From: an uncultured Clostridia bacterium
GTDB taxonomy: Bacteria > Bacillota > Clostridia > Lachnospirales > CAG-274
NCBI GenBank assembly: GCA_947632615.1
Contig: CANRPW010000006.1
Location: 11,826-75,825, forward strand
Direction: 5' to 3'
Length of the DNA stretch: 64,000 nt
Of this stretch, positions 9,856 to 18,603 are shown piece by piece; position 1 is the first letter of the stretch; each line of letters opens with the position of its first letter. The notes under the pieces were generated by a model. That model was given only the letters and a program-made list of their open reading frames with translations, searched no databases and was not told where the DNA came from. The translations under genes and the position numbers were made by a program.

Positions 9856-10599
9856 ATGGCAGAGCATAAAATAATATTTTCGGAAGATGGCTGTATGAAG
9901 CATTTGGAGGACGAGTCTGCGCAGCTTGTTATAGCTTTTCTTCCAAACATTGAGGGCAAAAGTCCCGAAAAATATTTTTATGACACAGAAAAAATTATTA
10001 AAGAGAGCGTACGTGCCCTTTCACAGGGCTGTAAAATATGTATAGGCATAGAGGAAAGACCCTTTTTGAACGAGGGAAGATATAAGGCTGTTTCTGTAAA
10101 GTCAGAAATAATTTCTCTTTTGTCAGGGCTTTGCTGCGACTATATGGGAAGCATTATAAGACAAACCTCTCCCGCAGGGGGCGGCACCGTTCTGGGAAGC
10201 TATCCTTACCCAAGAAACGGCATACTTAAAATAAACTACGACTACATACTTATATTTAAAAAATACGGCAATGCGCCAAAACCCACGGAGGAGCAAAAAA
10301 GCTCGTCAATTATGACAAGCGAAGAATGGCAGGCCTATTTTTCGCCCATTTGGAGGCTTGAAAGCGAAAACCGCCGCGAAGAAAGCATAAAAAGGCTCAT
10401 TAAAATGTTTTCGTTTGCAGATGAGACCGTTCTCGACCCCTTTATGTATGACGGAGCCACCGCCCTTTGTGCCAAAAAGCTGGGCAGGCGCTCAGTAAGC
10501 TATGAGAGGGACAAAACAAAGCTTAACGAGATAAGGCGCAGGCTCAATGCGGATCAGCTTACTCTCTGGGGCGAAGAGTTTGAATTTATATACGATTAA
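9856..10599 (+). CDS. Beta-class N4/N6 DNA-methyltransferase homologue with degenerate catalytic and SAM motifs
   Basis: The C-terminal VLDPFMYDGATALCAKKLGRRSVSYERD aligns with the canonical DPFxGSGTT...LGR..iGiE. The N-terminal LVIAFLPNIEG sits where (D/S)PPY is expected. ATG 9856 follows a GGGGGAGAGAGGG RBS-like run. Confidence 0.55.
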   Translation: MAEHKIIFSEDGCMKHLEDESAQLVIAFLPNIEGKSPEKYFYDTEKIIKESVRALSQGCKICIGIEERPFLNEGRYKAVSVKSEIISLLSGLCCDYMGSIIRQTSPAGGGTVLGSYPYPRNGILKINYDYILIFKKYGNAPKPTEEQKSSSIMTSEEWQAYFSPIWRLESENRREESIKRLIKMFSFADETVLDPFMYDGATALCAKKLGRRSVSYERDKTKLNEIRRRLNADQLTLWGEEFEFIYD

Positions 10600-10612
10600 A
10601 TCAGGCTTAACA

Positions 10613-10637
10613 GGTGCAGACCTGCCCTGTCTGCACC
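10613..10637 (+). terminator. Stem-loop after the MTase-like gene (no U-tract)
   Basis: ggtgcagac (10613-10621) pairs with gtctgcacc (10629-10637) with a 7-nt loop. It is followed by an A-run rather than a T-run, so it is non-canonical. Confidence 0.3.
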
Positions 10638-10647
10638 AAAAAAATAT

Positions 10648-10676
10648 TTGACAAACTATAAATTGTAATATATAAT
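10648..10676 (+). promoter_or_regulatory. Consensus sigma-A promoter for tRNA-Arg
   Basis: TTGACA at 10648-10653, an exact 17-nt spacer and TATAAT at 10671-10676, about 20 nt upstream of the tRNA 5' end. Confidence 0.75.
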
Positions 10677-10695
10677 ATACTTTGTGTTTAAAATT

Positions 10696-10769
<74 letters not shown>

Positions 10770-10778
10770 TCCAGCAAA

Positions 10779-10803
10779 AACCGCAAATTACTGCGGTTTT
10801 TTT
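10779..10803 (+). terminator. Intrinsic terminator after tRNA-Arg
   Basis: aaccgca-aattac-tgcggtt followed by a T-run (10797-10803). Confidence 0.7.
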
Positions 10804-10993
10804 GTTTCTTTCAAATGTAATTTAATAAGTCTTTTGTTTCAACCGGCAAGCTTTGATGTTTATTTGATGTTTGTTTTTTATAAAATAAGAATTTTAAACG
10901 ATTTCTTTAAAATTAATGTCGCATAAAAATCGCATAAAACTCATTATTTCAACATAAATCAAAGCATTTCAAAATAGTTTCTGTATTTCTGCG

Positions 10994-11028
10994 GAGCAGA
11001 AGACCGGGGGCGAATCCTCTTGCGTAAG
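10994..11028 (+). pseudogene. Decayed copy of the 3' half of tRNA-Arg (att-like remnant)
   Basis: gagcagaagaccgggggcgaatcctcttgcgtaag compared with the tRNA sequence gatcagaaggccgggggttcgaatcctcttgcgtacg (10729-10769). It lacks a 5' half, so it is not a functional tRNA. Confidence 0.7.
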
Positions 11029-11035
11029 TCTTGGA

Positions 11036-11062
11036 AGTCCGATTTTGTCGGACTTTTTTTAT
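11036..11062 (+). terminator. Intrinsic terminator after the tRNA fragment
   Basis: agtccga-ttttg-tcggact followed by ttttttt. Confidence 0.6.
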
Positions 11063-11116
11063 TTTAAATATGAAAATCAAATTTGTTATTGTTTTGCCTT
11101 GGCTTTAAGGAAACAC

Positions 11117-11146
11117 TTGACGGGTCGGGGATGATTAGGGTATAAT
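11117..11146 (+). promoter_or_regulatory. Candidate sigma-A promoter for purF
   Basis: TTGACG at 11117-11122, an 18-nt spacer and TATAAT at 11141-11146. The leader to ATG 11227 would be about 75 nt. Confidence 0.5.
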
Positions 11147-11226
11147 TTTAAATGGGATTAAATGTTTTTAATGTGATAATTACTTTTTGATATATAATAT
11201 TTTTGATTATTCAGGGGAGGACTCTA

Positions 11227-12627
11227 ATGAGTATGTTAAAAGAAGAATGTGGTGTATTCGGTATATGGGATCCGGACGGCGGCTGTGCCAATGTGACCTG
11301 TAATGCTCTTGTGGCTTTGCAGCACAGAGGACAGGAGGGCTGCGGAATAGCTGTTAATTTAGACAGAGAAATAAGCTATCATAAAGATACGGGGCTTGTA
11401 AATGAAGTTTTTAACAACGAAATTCTTGAAAAATACCCCGGCACAATGGCTGTTGGACATGTGCGCTATTCAACTGCCGGAGGGTCGTTTCGTGAAAACG
11501 TACAGCCCTTGGTTTTACGTTATATAAAAGGCACTCTGGCTATAGCTCATAACGGAAACATAACAAACGTAGAAGAGCTTAAAAAGCAGCTGGAGCATAA
11601 CGGAGCCATATTTCAGACAACGGCAGACTCCGAGATAATAGCCTATCAGATAGCAAGAGAGAGAATAAGCTGCGGCTCTATAGAGGAGGCGGTAAAGCTT
11701 GCAATGCCAAAGCTCAAGGGAGCATTTTCAATGCTTGTAATGAGCCCTCAGAAGCTGATCGCTGCAAGAGACCCCTGGGGATTTCGCCCCTTATGTATGG
11801 GTAGGCTTGGCAAGGCTATTGTGTTTGCTTCGGAAACGGCAGCCTTTGACGCTATAGGTGCTGAGTTTGTAAGGGACTTAAACCCCGGCGAAGTTGTCAC
11901 CGTATTCAAGGGCAAGGTAGAAGCAGAGCAGGTAGTAAAGCCCGAAAAAACCAATCTTTGCATATTCGAGCACATATATTTTGCACGTCCCGACTCAATA
12001 GTAGACGGTCAGTCTGTGCACGAGGCAAGAAAAATGGCAGGCAGGTTTCTTGCAATACAAAGCCCGGTAGATGCTGATGTTGTGGTAGGAGTGCCCGATT
12101 CGGGGCTGTCCGCCGCTCAGGGCTATTCCGAAAAATCAGGCATACCACTTAAAATGGGCTTTATAAAAAACAAATATATAGCAAGGACGTTTATAGCTCC
12201 CGAGCAGGAAACAAGACAAAACGCCGTTAAAATGAAGCTGAACGCTCTTAAAAGCGAGATAAGCGGCAAAAGAGTCGTTATGATAGACGACTCTATAGTA
12301 AGAGGTACTACATCTGCCCGCATTGTAAGCCTTTTAAGAGAGGCAGGCGCAACGGAGGTCCATGTAAGGATATCTTCTCCCCCATTTAAGTGGCCCTGCT
12401 TTTTCGGCACGGACGTGCCTACGAGAGATGAGCTTATAGCAAATCACTATGACGTATCGGAAACAGCCAAATATATAGGGGCTGACAGCTTAGACTATTT
12501 AAGCCTTGACAATCTGCTTAAAATAGCCCCCAACTCCACAAAGGATTTTTGCCATGCTTGCTTTACAGGCAAATATCCTATTGATGTTTCTCATCTTTTA
12601 GCTAAACTGGAGGGAAAGAAAAAATGA
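11227..12627 (+). CDS. purF: Amidophosphoribosyltransferase
   Basis: MSMLKEEC-GVFGI (N-terminal nucleophile Cys after a short propeptide), the PRPP motif VVMIDDSIVRGTT and C-terminal Cys residues. ATG 11227 follows the GGGGAGG RBS. Confidence 0.92.
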   Translation: MSMLKEECGVFGIWDPDGGCANVTCNALVALQHRGQEGCGIAVNLDREISYHKDTGLVNEVFNNEILEKYPGTMAVGHVRYSTAGGSFRENVQPLVLRYIKGTLAIAHNGNITNVEELKKQLEHNGAIFQTTADSEIIAYQIARERISCGSIEEAVKLAMPKLKGAFSMLVMSPQKLIAARDPWGFRPLCMGRLGKAIVFASETAAFDAIGAEFVRDLNPGEVVTVFKGKVEAEQVVKPEKTNLCIFEHIYFARPDSIVDGQSVHEARKMAGRFLAIQSPVDADVVVGVPDSGLSAAQGYSEKSGIPLKMGFIKNKYIARTFIAPEQETRQNAVKMKLNALKSEISGKRVVMIDDSIVRGTTSARIVSLLREAGATEVHVRISSPPFKWPCFFGTDVPTRDELIANHYDVSETAKYIGADSLDYLSLDNLLKIAPNSTKDFCHACFTGKYPIDVSHLLAKLEGKKK

Positions 12628-14057
12628 AAAATATATACGAAAGTCCTCTTAACTCAAGATATTCAAGTAAGGAAATGAAGGAGATATTTTCTCCCGATAT
12701 GAAATTCAAAACATGGCGCAGACTGTGGATAATACTTGCAGAAACCGAAAAGGAGCTTGGGCTCAACATAACAGACGAACAGATAGCCGAGCTTAAGGCG
12801 CACGCCGAAGACATCAACTATGATGTGGCAGAAGCAAGAGAAAAGATATGCCGTCACGATGTAATGAGCCACGTTTATGCCTATGGCAAGCAGTGCCCCA
12901 AGGCTGAGGCAATAATACACCTTGGCGCCACAAGCTGTTATGTGGGCGACAACACAGATGTAATAGTTATGACAGAGGCCATGAAGCTCATAAGAAAGTC
13001 GGTGGTTTCTGTAATGGCTAAGCTCGCTGACTTTGCCATCAAGTATAAAGACTTGCCGACCCTTGGCTTTACCCATTTTCAGCCGGCACAGCTTACTACC
13101 GTAGGCAAAAGAGCCTGCCTTTGGCTGCAGGATCTTATGATGGACCTTGAGCAGATTGATTTCTTTTTGGAAAATGTAAGGCTTTTGGGCTGCAAGGGCA
13201 CAACGGGCACACAGGCAAGCTTTATGGAGCTTTTTGAAGGCGATGAAGAAAAGGTAAAGGCGCTTGATAATGCAATAGCAGAAAAATTAGGCTTTAAGGG
13301 CGTGTTTGCCGTTTCGGGACAGACCTATTCCAGAAAGTTAGACAGCTTTGCTCTGAATGTTCTTTCAGGCATCGCTCAGTCGGCCACAAAGTTTTCAAAC
13401 GATATAAGACTTCTTGCCCATCTCAAAGAGGTTGAAGAACCCTTTGAAAAGGGACAGATAGGCTCTTCGGCTATGGCTTATAAGAGAAACCCAATGAGAA
13501 GCGAAAGAATAGCAGGTCTTTCAAGATATATAATAAGCTGTGCATCAAACCCCGCAATGACGGCTTCGGCGCAGTGGTTTGAAAGAACTCTTGACGACTC
13601 TTCCAACAAGAGAATAGCCGTTCCCGAGGCATTTCTTGCCTGTGATGCTGTACTTAGCATATATCTCAATGTAGCAGGTGGACTTGTGGTATATCCTAAG
13701 GTAATAGAAAAGAGGATAATGAGCGAGCTGCCATTTATGGCAACCGAAAACATAATGATGGACGAGGTAACACGCCACGGCGGAAACAGACAGGAGCTTC
13801 ATGAAAGAATAAGAGAGCTTTCTATGGAGGCCGCTGCTGTAGTCAAGCAGGAAGGCGGAGAAAACGACCTTATTGAAAGAATAGTGAGAGATCCTATGTT
13901 CAAATGCTCTGAGGAGGATATAAGAAAGACCCTTGATCCTTCAAATTTCATAGGCAGAGCGCCGGGACAGGTCTCCGAATTTATAGAAAACTGCATAAAG
14001 CCCATACTTGACAAATATAAGGATGAGCTTATTGGCGAAGTAACATTAAATGTATAA
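12624..14057 (+). CDS. purB: Adenylosuccinate lyase
   Basis: 477 aa with the fumarate-lyase signature GSSAMAYKRNP. It overlaps the purF stop (ATGA) and is followed by purA. Confidence 0.92.
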   Translation: MKNIYESPLNSRYSSKEMKEIFSPDMKFKTWRRLWIILAETEKELGLNITDEQIAELKAHAEDINYDVAEAREKICRHDVMSHVYAYGKQCPKAEAIIHLGATSCYVGDNTDVIVMTEAMKLIRKSVVSVMAKLADFAIKYKDLPTLGFTHFQPAQLTTVGKRACLWLQDLMMDLEQIDFFLENVRLLGCKGTTGTQASFMELFEGDEEKVKALDNAIAEKLGFKGVFAVSGQTYSRKLDSFALNVLSGIAQSATKFSNDIRLLAHLKEVEEPFEKGQIGSSAMAYKRNPMRSERIAGLSRYIISCASNPAMTASAQWFERTLDDSSNKRIAVPEAFLACDAVLSIYLNVAGGLVVYPKVIEKRIMSELPFMATENIMMDEVTRHGGNRQELHERIRELSMEAAAVVKQEGGENDLIERIVRDPMFKCSEEDIRKTLDPSNFIGRAPGQVSEFIENCIKPILDKYKDELIGEVTLNV

Positions 14058-14076
14058 AAAGGCAGGTGCTTAAAAA

Positions 14077-15351
14077 ATGGTAAAGGCAATAGTAGGCGCT
14101 AACTGGGGCGACGAAGGCAAGGGTAAAATAACCGACCTTTGTGCAGAGTCCTCCGACATAGTAGTAAGATTTCAGGGCGGAGCAAACGCAGGACACACCA
14201 TCATAAACGAGTATGGACGTTTTGCCCTTCATCAGCTCCCCTCAGGCATTTTTCACGAAAACATAACAAACATAATAGGCAATGGCTGCGCGCTTAATGT
14301 GGAATCTCTTATGGAAGAAATTGACTCAGTTAAGTCCGCAGGCATTAAGTTTAATCTTCTTATTTCCGAAAGAGCCCAGGTGCTTCTTCCCCATCATGTG
14401 CTTTTAGACACTTATGAAGAAGAAAGACTCGGCAATAAAGCCTTTGGCTCTACAAAGTCGGGTATTGCGCCATTCTTTTCCGATAAATACGCTAAGGTAG
14501 GTCTTCAGGTATGGGAGCTTTACAATGACGAGCTTCTGAAGGAAAAACTTGAAATGATGTATGACAAGGTAAACGTCACTCTTAAGCACCTTTACAATAA
14601 GCCCGAGATCAATTATATGGACGTATACGATATTCTCAAGGGCTATGCCGAAAAGATAAAGGACTATGTTGCGGATGCGAGCCTTTTCTTAAGAAATGCC
14701 ATTAAAGAAAACAAGTCAATACTTCTTGAAGGTCAGCTGGGAACACTTAAGGACACCGACCACGGTATTTATCCTTATGTAACAAGCTCCTCAACACTTG
14801 CGGGCTATGCTGCCGTTGGCTCAGGCATACCGCCATACGCCATAAAGGACATACTCTGCATTACAAAGGCATATTCCTCTGCAGTAGGCGAAGGTCCTTT
14901 CGTAAGCGAGATATTAGAGCCCGTTGAAGCCGAAGAACTCCGCAAAAGAGGCGGCGACAAGGGCGAATACGGAGCAACCACAGGCAGACCCAGACGTGTT
15001 GGCTATTTTGACACGGTTGCTACAAAATATGGCGTAGAGCTTCAGGGCGCTACAGAGGTTTGTCTTACCTGCCTTGACGTTCTTTCATATCTTGATGAAA
15101 TACCCGTATGCACAGCCTACGAGCTTGAAGGCAAAACATATAAAGACTTTCTCACAACAGATAAGCTCTATAAGTCAAAGCCTGTTGTTGAAAAGCTTAA
15201 GGGCTGGAAGTGCAATATAAAGGGTATCAAAAAATATGAGGATCTTCCCGCAGAAGCAAGAGCCTATGTTGAATTTATAGAAAAGGAAATAGGCGTTAAA
15301 ATAACAATGGTTTCTAATGGACCCGCAAGAGAAGATATAATTTACAGATAA
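14077..15351 (+). CDS. purA: Adenylosuccinate synthetase
   Basis: VVGANWGDEGKGKITD P-loop, GGANAGHT and TTGRPRRVGYFD, the classical PurA motifs. Confidence 0.93.
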   Translation: MVKAIVGANWGDEGKGKITDLCAESSDIVVRFQGGANAGHTIINEYGRFALHQLPSGIFHENITNIIGNGCALNVESLMEEIDSVKSAGIKFNLLISERAQVLLPHHVLLDTYEEERLGNKAFGSTKSGIAPFFSDKYAKVGLQVWELYNDELLKEKLEMMYDKVNVTLKHLYNKPEINYMDVYDILKGYAEKIKDYVADASLFLRNAIKENKSILLEGQLGTLKDTDHGIYPYVTSSSTLAGYAAVGSGIPPYAIKDILCITKAYSSAVGEGPFVSEILEPVEAEELRKRGGDKGEYGATTGRPRRVGYFDTVATKYGVELQGATEVCLTCLDVLSYLDEIPVCTAYELEGKTYKDFLTTDKLYKSKPVVEKLKGWKCNIKGIKKYEDLPAEARAYVEFIEKEIGVKITMVSNGPAREDIIYR

Positions 15352-15363
15352 AGTATATTTGCC

Positions 15364-15706
15364 CGCCCCTCCCAAACCATCAGAGATGGTTTGGGAGGGG
15401 CGAGCCGCGGGGCGGAGAAAAACAAAGCAAAGAGAGGGCAGCTTTGCTGCCCTCTCTTTGCTTTGTTTTTCTCCGCCCCCGCGAGCCACCCGACCGCCTC
15501 ATCTTTAGATGAGGCGGTCGGGTGGCTAAACATCAAAAGCCCGCCCAACCGAACCGCCTTTGGCGGTTCGGTTGGGCGGGCTTCGCGGGGCAGGGGAAAA
15601 CGCAGCAAAAAGAGGACGGCTTTGCCGTCCTCTTTTTGCTGCGTTTTCCCCTGCCCCCGCGAGTCGCCCCCTGCCGATCATCTTCGATGATCGGCAGGGG
15701 GCGGCT
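15364..15706. repeat. GC-rich hairpin array A3 (6 abutting hairpins) between convergent purA and a stalk-domain gene
   Basis: 15364-15381/15385-15402 (18 bp, loop aga); 15406-15483 (37 bp plus 1-nt bulge, loop ttt); 15484-15503/15508-15527 (20 bp, loop ttta); 15537-15558/15562-15583 (22 bp, loop ttt); 15584-15661 (37 bp plus 1-nt bulge, loop ttt); 15662-15682/15686-15706 (21 bp, one G-T, loop ttc). Confidence 0.9.
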
Positions 15707-15712
15707 AAAAAA

Positions 15713-16765
15713 TCATTCTGTTTCGGTAGTTGTTTCGACCGTAATGTCTGTAGTAGTTTCTGTAGTAGTTTCTGTAGTTTCCTCTGTTGTTTCTTCATCT
15801 ATAGGCTCAAGCCCAAGCGCCTCGATGGCTATGCCTGCGGGAACATACATTTTTTTGTCGACTATAGCGGCTTTTACGTCATCCTCGCCAAAATATATTA
15901 TCTCATCGTCTACAATATAATAATCGCTTTCGTGTATAAACTTAACTATTTTATCCTTATAGCATATAGTAACAGTCTTTGTGGAAGAGTCCCAATCCAC
16001 ATAGCTGTTCTCGTCATCTACTGATATAATATCGCTTATATCTCTTACTGCCACAAGATCGTTTTTGTCAAGGTCAAATATAGTCGGCTCTGCGGTCGTA
16101 GTTTCCGTTTCTTCCTCAGTAACCTCTGCAGTTGTAGGCTGCTCCGTTGTTTCTTCGGTTGTTGTTTCATCATCCGTAGGGTCAGCCTCTGTTTTGCGGT
16201 TTGCAAGAGAAGGAACGGCTACACCCTTTGTAAATATATAATTACCTGTAAGGGTTGTGCTTGATATTGTAGTTCCGTTAGACTCAATTTTTATCTTTAT
16301 ATTGCCGGAACCGTTGGCTCTTAAAGGAAGTTTTATTCTGTAACAGCCGGTTTTGTTCACGTGATTTACTCTGTAGATAGAATACCCAGCATACATTGTA
16401 GGCACGTTTATGAGCTTGACTTCCATTTCATGAGTGTTTATTCTTCTTATCTTGTAAGGAAGCTCAAAGGTTTTTACCTTTGGCATAAAGTCATAAAAGC
16501 CCTCGCCTCTCCAATCGTAAGGATATTGATACATGCTGTCAATATCAGACTGGCTGAGTATGTCGGCATTCGTAACTGATATTACTATTGATGAACCTGT
16601 TGTCACCTCATTATACGGTGTTATTTTAAGATATTGTGTGGGCTGTATAGCTTCATCTCTTATAACGCTGACTCTGTCAAGCCCTGCATAAGAAGCCGCA
16701 AATATGTTTATGTTTAAAAGTAATATAAAAGCCATTAATAGCGCTAATGTTTTTTTCATATTCAT
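15713..16765 (-). CDS. Secreted protein with Thr/Glu-rich linkers and a C-terminal copper-amine-oxidase-N-like (stalk) domain
   Basis: Signal peptide MNMKKTLALLMAFILLLNINIFAAS after a GGAGGA RBS. Two T/E-rich low-complexity tracts. KKMYVPAGIAIEALG resembles the stalk-domain core. Confidence 0.6.
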   Translation of the reverse strand: MNMKKTLALLMAFILLLNINIFAASYAGLDRVSVIRDEAIQPTQYLKITPYNEVTTGSSIVISVTNADILSQSDIDSMYQYPYDWRGEGFYDFMPKVKTFELPYKIRRINTHEMEVKLINVPTMYAGYSIYRVNHVNKTGCYRIKLPLRANGSGNIKIKIESNGTTISSTTLTGNYIFTKGVAVPSLANRKTEADPTDDETTTEETTEQPTTAEVTEEETETTTAEPTIFDLDKNDLVAVRDISDIISVDDENSYVDWDSSTKTVTICYKDKIVKFIHESDYYIVDDEIIYFGEDDVKAAIVDKKMYVPAGIAIEALGLEPIDEETTEETTETTTETTTDITVETTTETE

Positions 16766-16912
16766 TCCTCCAATTCCACAGTATTTTCTTTTTATATTAT
16801 ACACCAAATTTACAGATTTTGCATTAGAAAATTATTAATTTTTGTTAAAGACAAATTTCACAAACTTCGCTTTGTGAGTATACTCTTTATAGAAACCGTG
16901 AGGTAAAATATT

Positions 16913-17977
16913 ATGGTCAGAATAATAATCGAAAAAAAGGATAAAAGCTGTTTTGATGCCTTTGCCGAAAAGGGGAAAATAATTGCCGATCTTCCTATTA
17001 TAAATTCCTGTATAATAGAAATTGACGAAAAAAGCTTAAGCGACCTTAAAAAAAGAGGCTGCCCCGCAAGAATGGCAGGAGAAACGGGAGTCACCGCCCA
17101 AATAAACAGCGCCAAGAAAAAGATCAATTATATAAACAGCGAAGGACTTACGGGAAGAAACATAACCGTTGCCGTGCTCGACACGGGCATATCAGACCTG
17201 CCTGATTTTTCCGGCAGAATAGTTGGCTTTAAGGATATCGTGGGAGAAAGAAAAAGCTGTTATGACGACAATTCCCACGGTTCTCACGTTTCGGGAATAC
17301 TTGGAGGGGGCGGAAGGCTTAAAGGTATAGCGCCCCGGGTCAGATTTGTGCCTGTAAAGGTTTTGGATAAATACGGAAAGGGCTCATCTGCCGACCTTTT
17401 AAAGGGGCTTCAGTGGGTGTATGAAAACAAAAGCAAATATAACATAAAAATAGTAAACCTCTCTGTGGGCGCAAGCACCTATGAAGGTTTCGATCCCCTT
17501 GTGGCAGCGGTGGAAGCCCTTTGGGACGACGGCATAACAGTTGTCACCGCAGCAGGCAACAGCGGTCCCTCTCCCTGCTCCATAACCTCTCCGGGCACAA
17601 GCAAAAAGGTAATAACCGTTGGTTGTCTTGACGACGACAAGGTTTGCAGCATATGGGACAGCGATATCAAAAATTTTTCGGGCAGAGGCCCTACAAGAGA
17701 ATGTATTATAAAGCCCGACATACTTGCGCCCGGGGCAAAGATTTACTCCTGCTCATCCACAGGCAAATATATACCTCTTAGCGGAACCTCTATGTCAACG
17801 CCCATTGTCAGCGGCGCGATAGCCCTGCTTTTAGAAAAATATCCCGGGCTTACCCCAAACCAAATAAAATATCATTTAAAAACAACCGCAAAGGATCTCA
17901 GCTTTCCCAAAAACAGGCAGGGCTGGGGACTTCTTGATGTAGAAAAGCTGTTATCTCAAAATCCCGAAAATATATAG
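16913..17977 (+). CDS. Subtilisin-like serine protease (peptidase S8)
   Basis: Catalytic triad motifs VAVLDTGI (Asp), HGSHVSGI (His) and SGTSMSTPIVSGA (Ser), with an N-terminal propeptide-like segment of about 70 aa. Confidence 0.85.
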   Translation: MVRIIIEKKDKSCFDAFAEKGKIIADLPIINSCIIEIDEKSLSDLKKRGCPARMAGETGVTAQINSAKKKINYINSEGLTGRNITVAVLDTGISDLPDFSGRIVGFKDIVGERKSCYDDNSHGSHVSGILGGGGRLKGIAPRVRFVPVKVLDKYGKGSSADLLKGLQWVYENKSKYNIKIVNLSVGASTYEGFDPLVAAVEALWDDGITVVTAAGNSGPSPCSITSPGTSKKVITVGCLDDDKVCSIWDSDIKNFSGRGPTRECIIKPDILAPGAKIYSCSSTGKYIPLSGTSMSTPIVSGAIALLLEKYPGLTPNQIKYHLKTTAKDLSFPKNRQGWGLLDVEKLLSQNPENI

Positions 17978-17989
17978 GAGGTATTTAAT

Positions 17990-18460
17990 ATGGAAAATAA
18001 TATCTTTGACATTTTAAAACCCTTTACAAGCGCAAACACCTTAAACAGTGATATTAAAGAAATTCAGAATATGATAATAGGCTATTTTCAGAATAAATAT
18101 TTCAGCAAAATACGCGCCACTATCGCCGAAGAGGTAACAAGGCAAAAAACAGATCCCCCCGACGACATCCGCCTGCTTTATGCTCTTAAACCCTATGCCA
18201 AAGATGTTGATGCCGGCTTTATGGATAATATAATAGAAGCGGCAGCCCTTGCCAAGACTCTGGGCAGCATTAAAGATCATATGCCCCGTAAAAACAGCTT
18301 CGTTAAAGCCGCCTCCGTAAACGATGCCTCCATAAACCCTGACGGCATATACGAGATAGACTCCGCATGCAAAACAAGTCTTGCATCAAAATCTTCGGTA
18401 GGCGGCGCAGATATAATACCAATTTTAGCTATTTTGGCTCTTTTATTTATTAAATTTTAA
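17990..18460 (+). CDS. Hypothetical protein with C-terminal hydrophobic anchor
   Basis: 156-aa ORF 12 nt after the S8 gene, preceded by an AGGAGG RBS. It ends in IIPILAILALLFIKF. I recognise no family. Confidence 0.5.
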   Translation: MENNIFDILKPFTSANTLNSDIKEIQNMIIGYFQNKYFSKIRATIAEEVTRQKTDPPDDIRLLYALKPYAKDVDAGFMDNIIEAAALAKTLGSIKDHMPRKNSFVKAASVNDASINPDGIYEIDSACKTSLASKSSVGGADIIPILAILALLFIKF

Positions 18461-18603
18461 ATTAGCTTTTGCACAATAATTAAAATATAAGTAAAAATAT
18501 AAAATTTCTATTGAAAAAATTATTACAAAAGGTTATAATAGTAGAAATAAAGCTTTTGCTTTACGCAGGAACCACTGTGTCTTATGTATCGGAGGAATAT
18601 AAT

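Noticed and set aside
9705-9959. 84-aa minus-strand ORF and the long 5' extension (9766-9855) of the methyltransferase-like gene.
   Set aside because: The extension is a Lys/Ile-rich translation of A+T-rich intergenic DNA. ATG 9856 has a purine-rich RBS directly upstream. The minus-strand ORF has no support.
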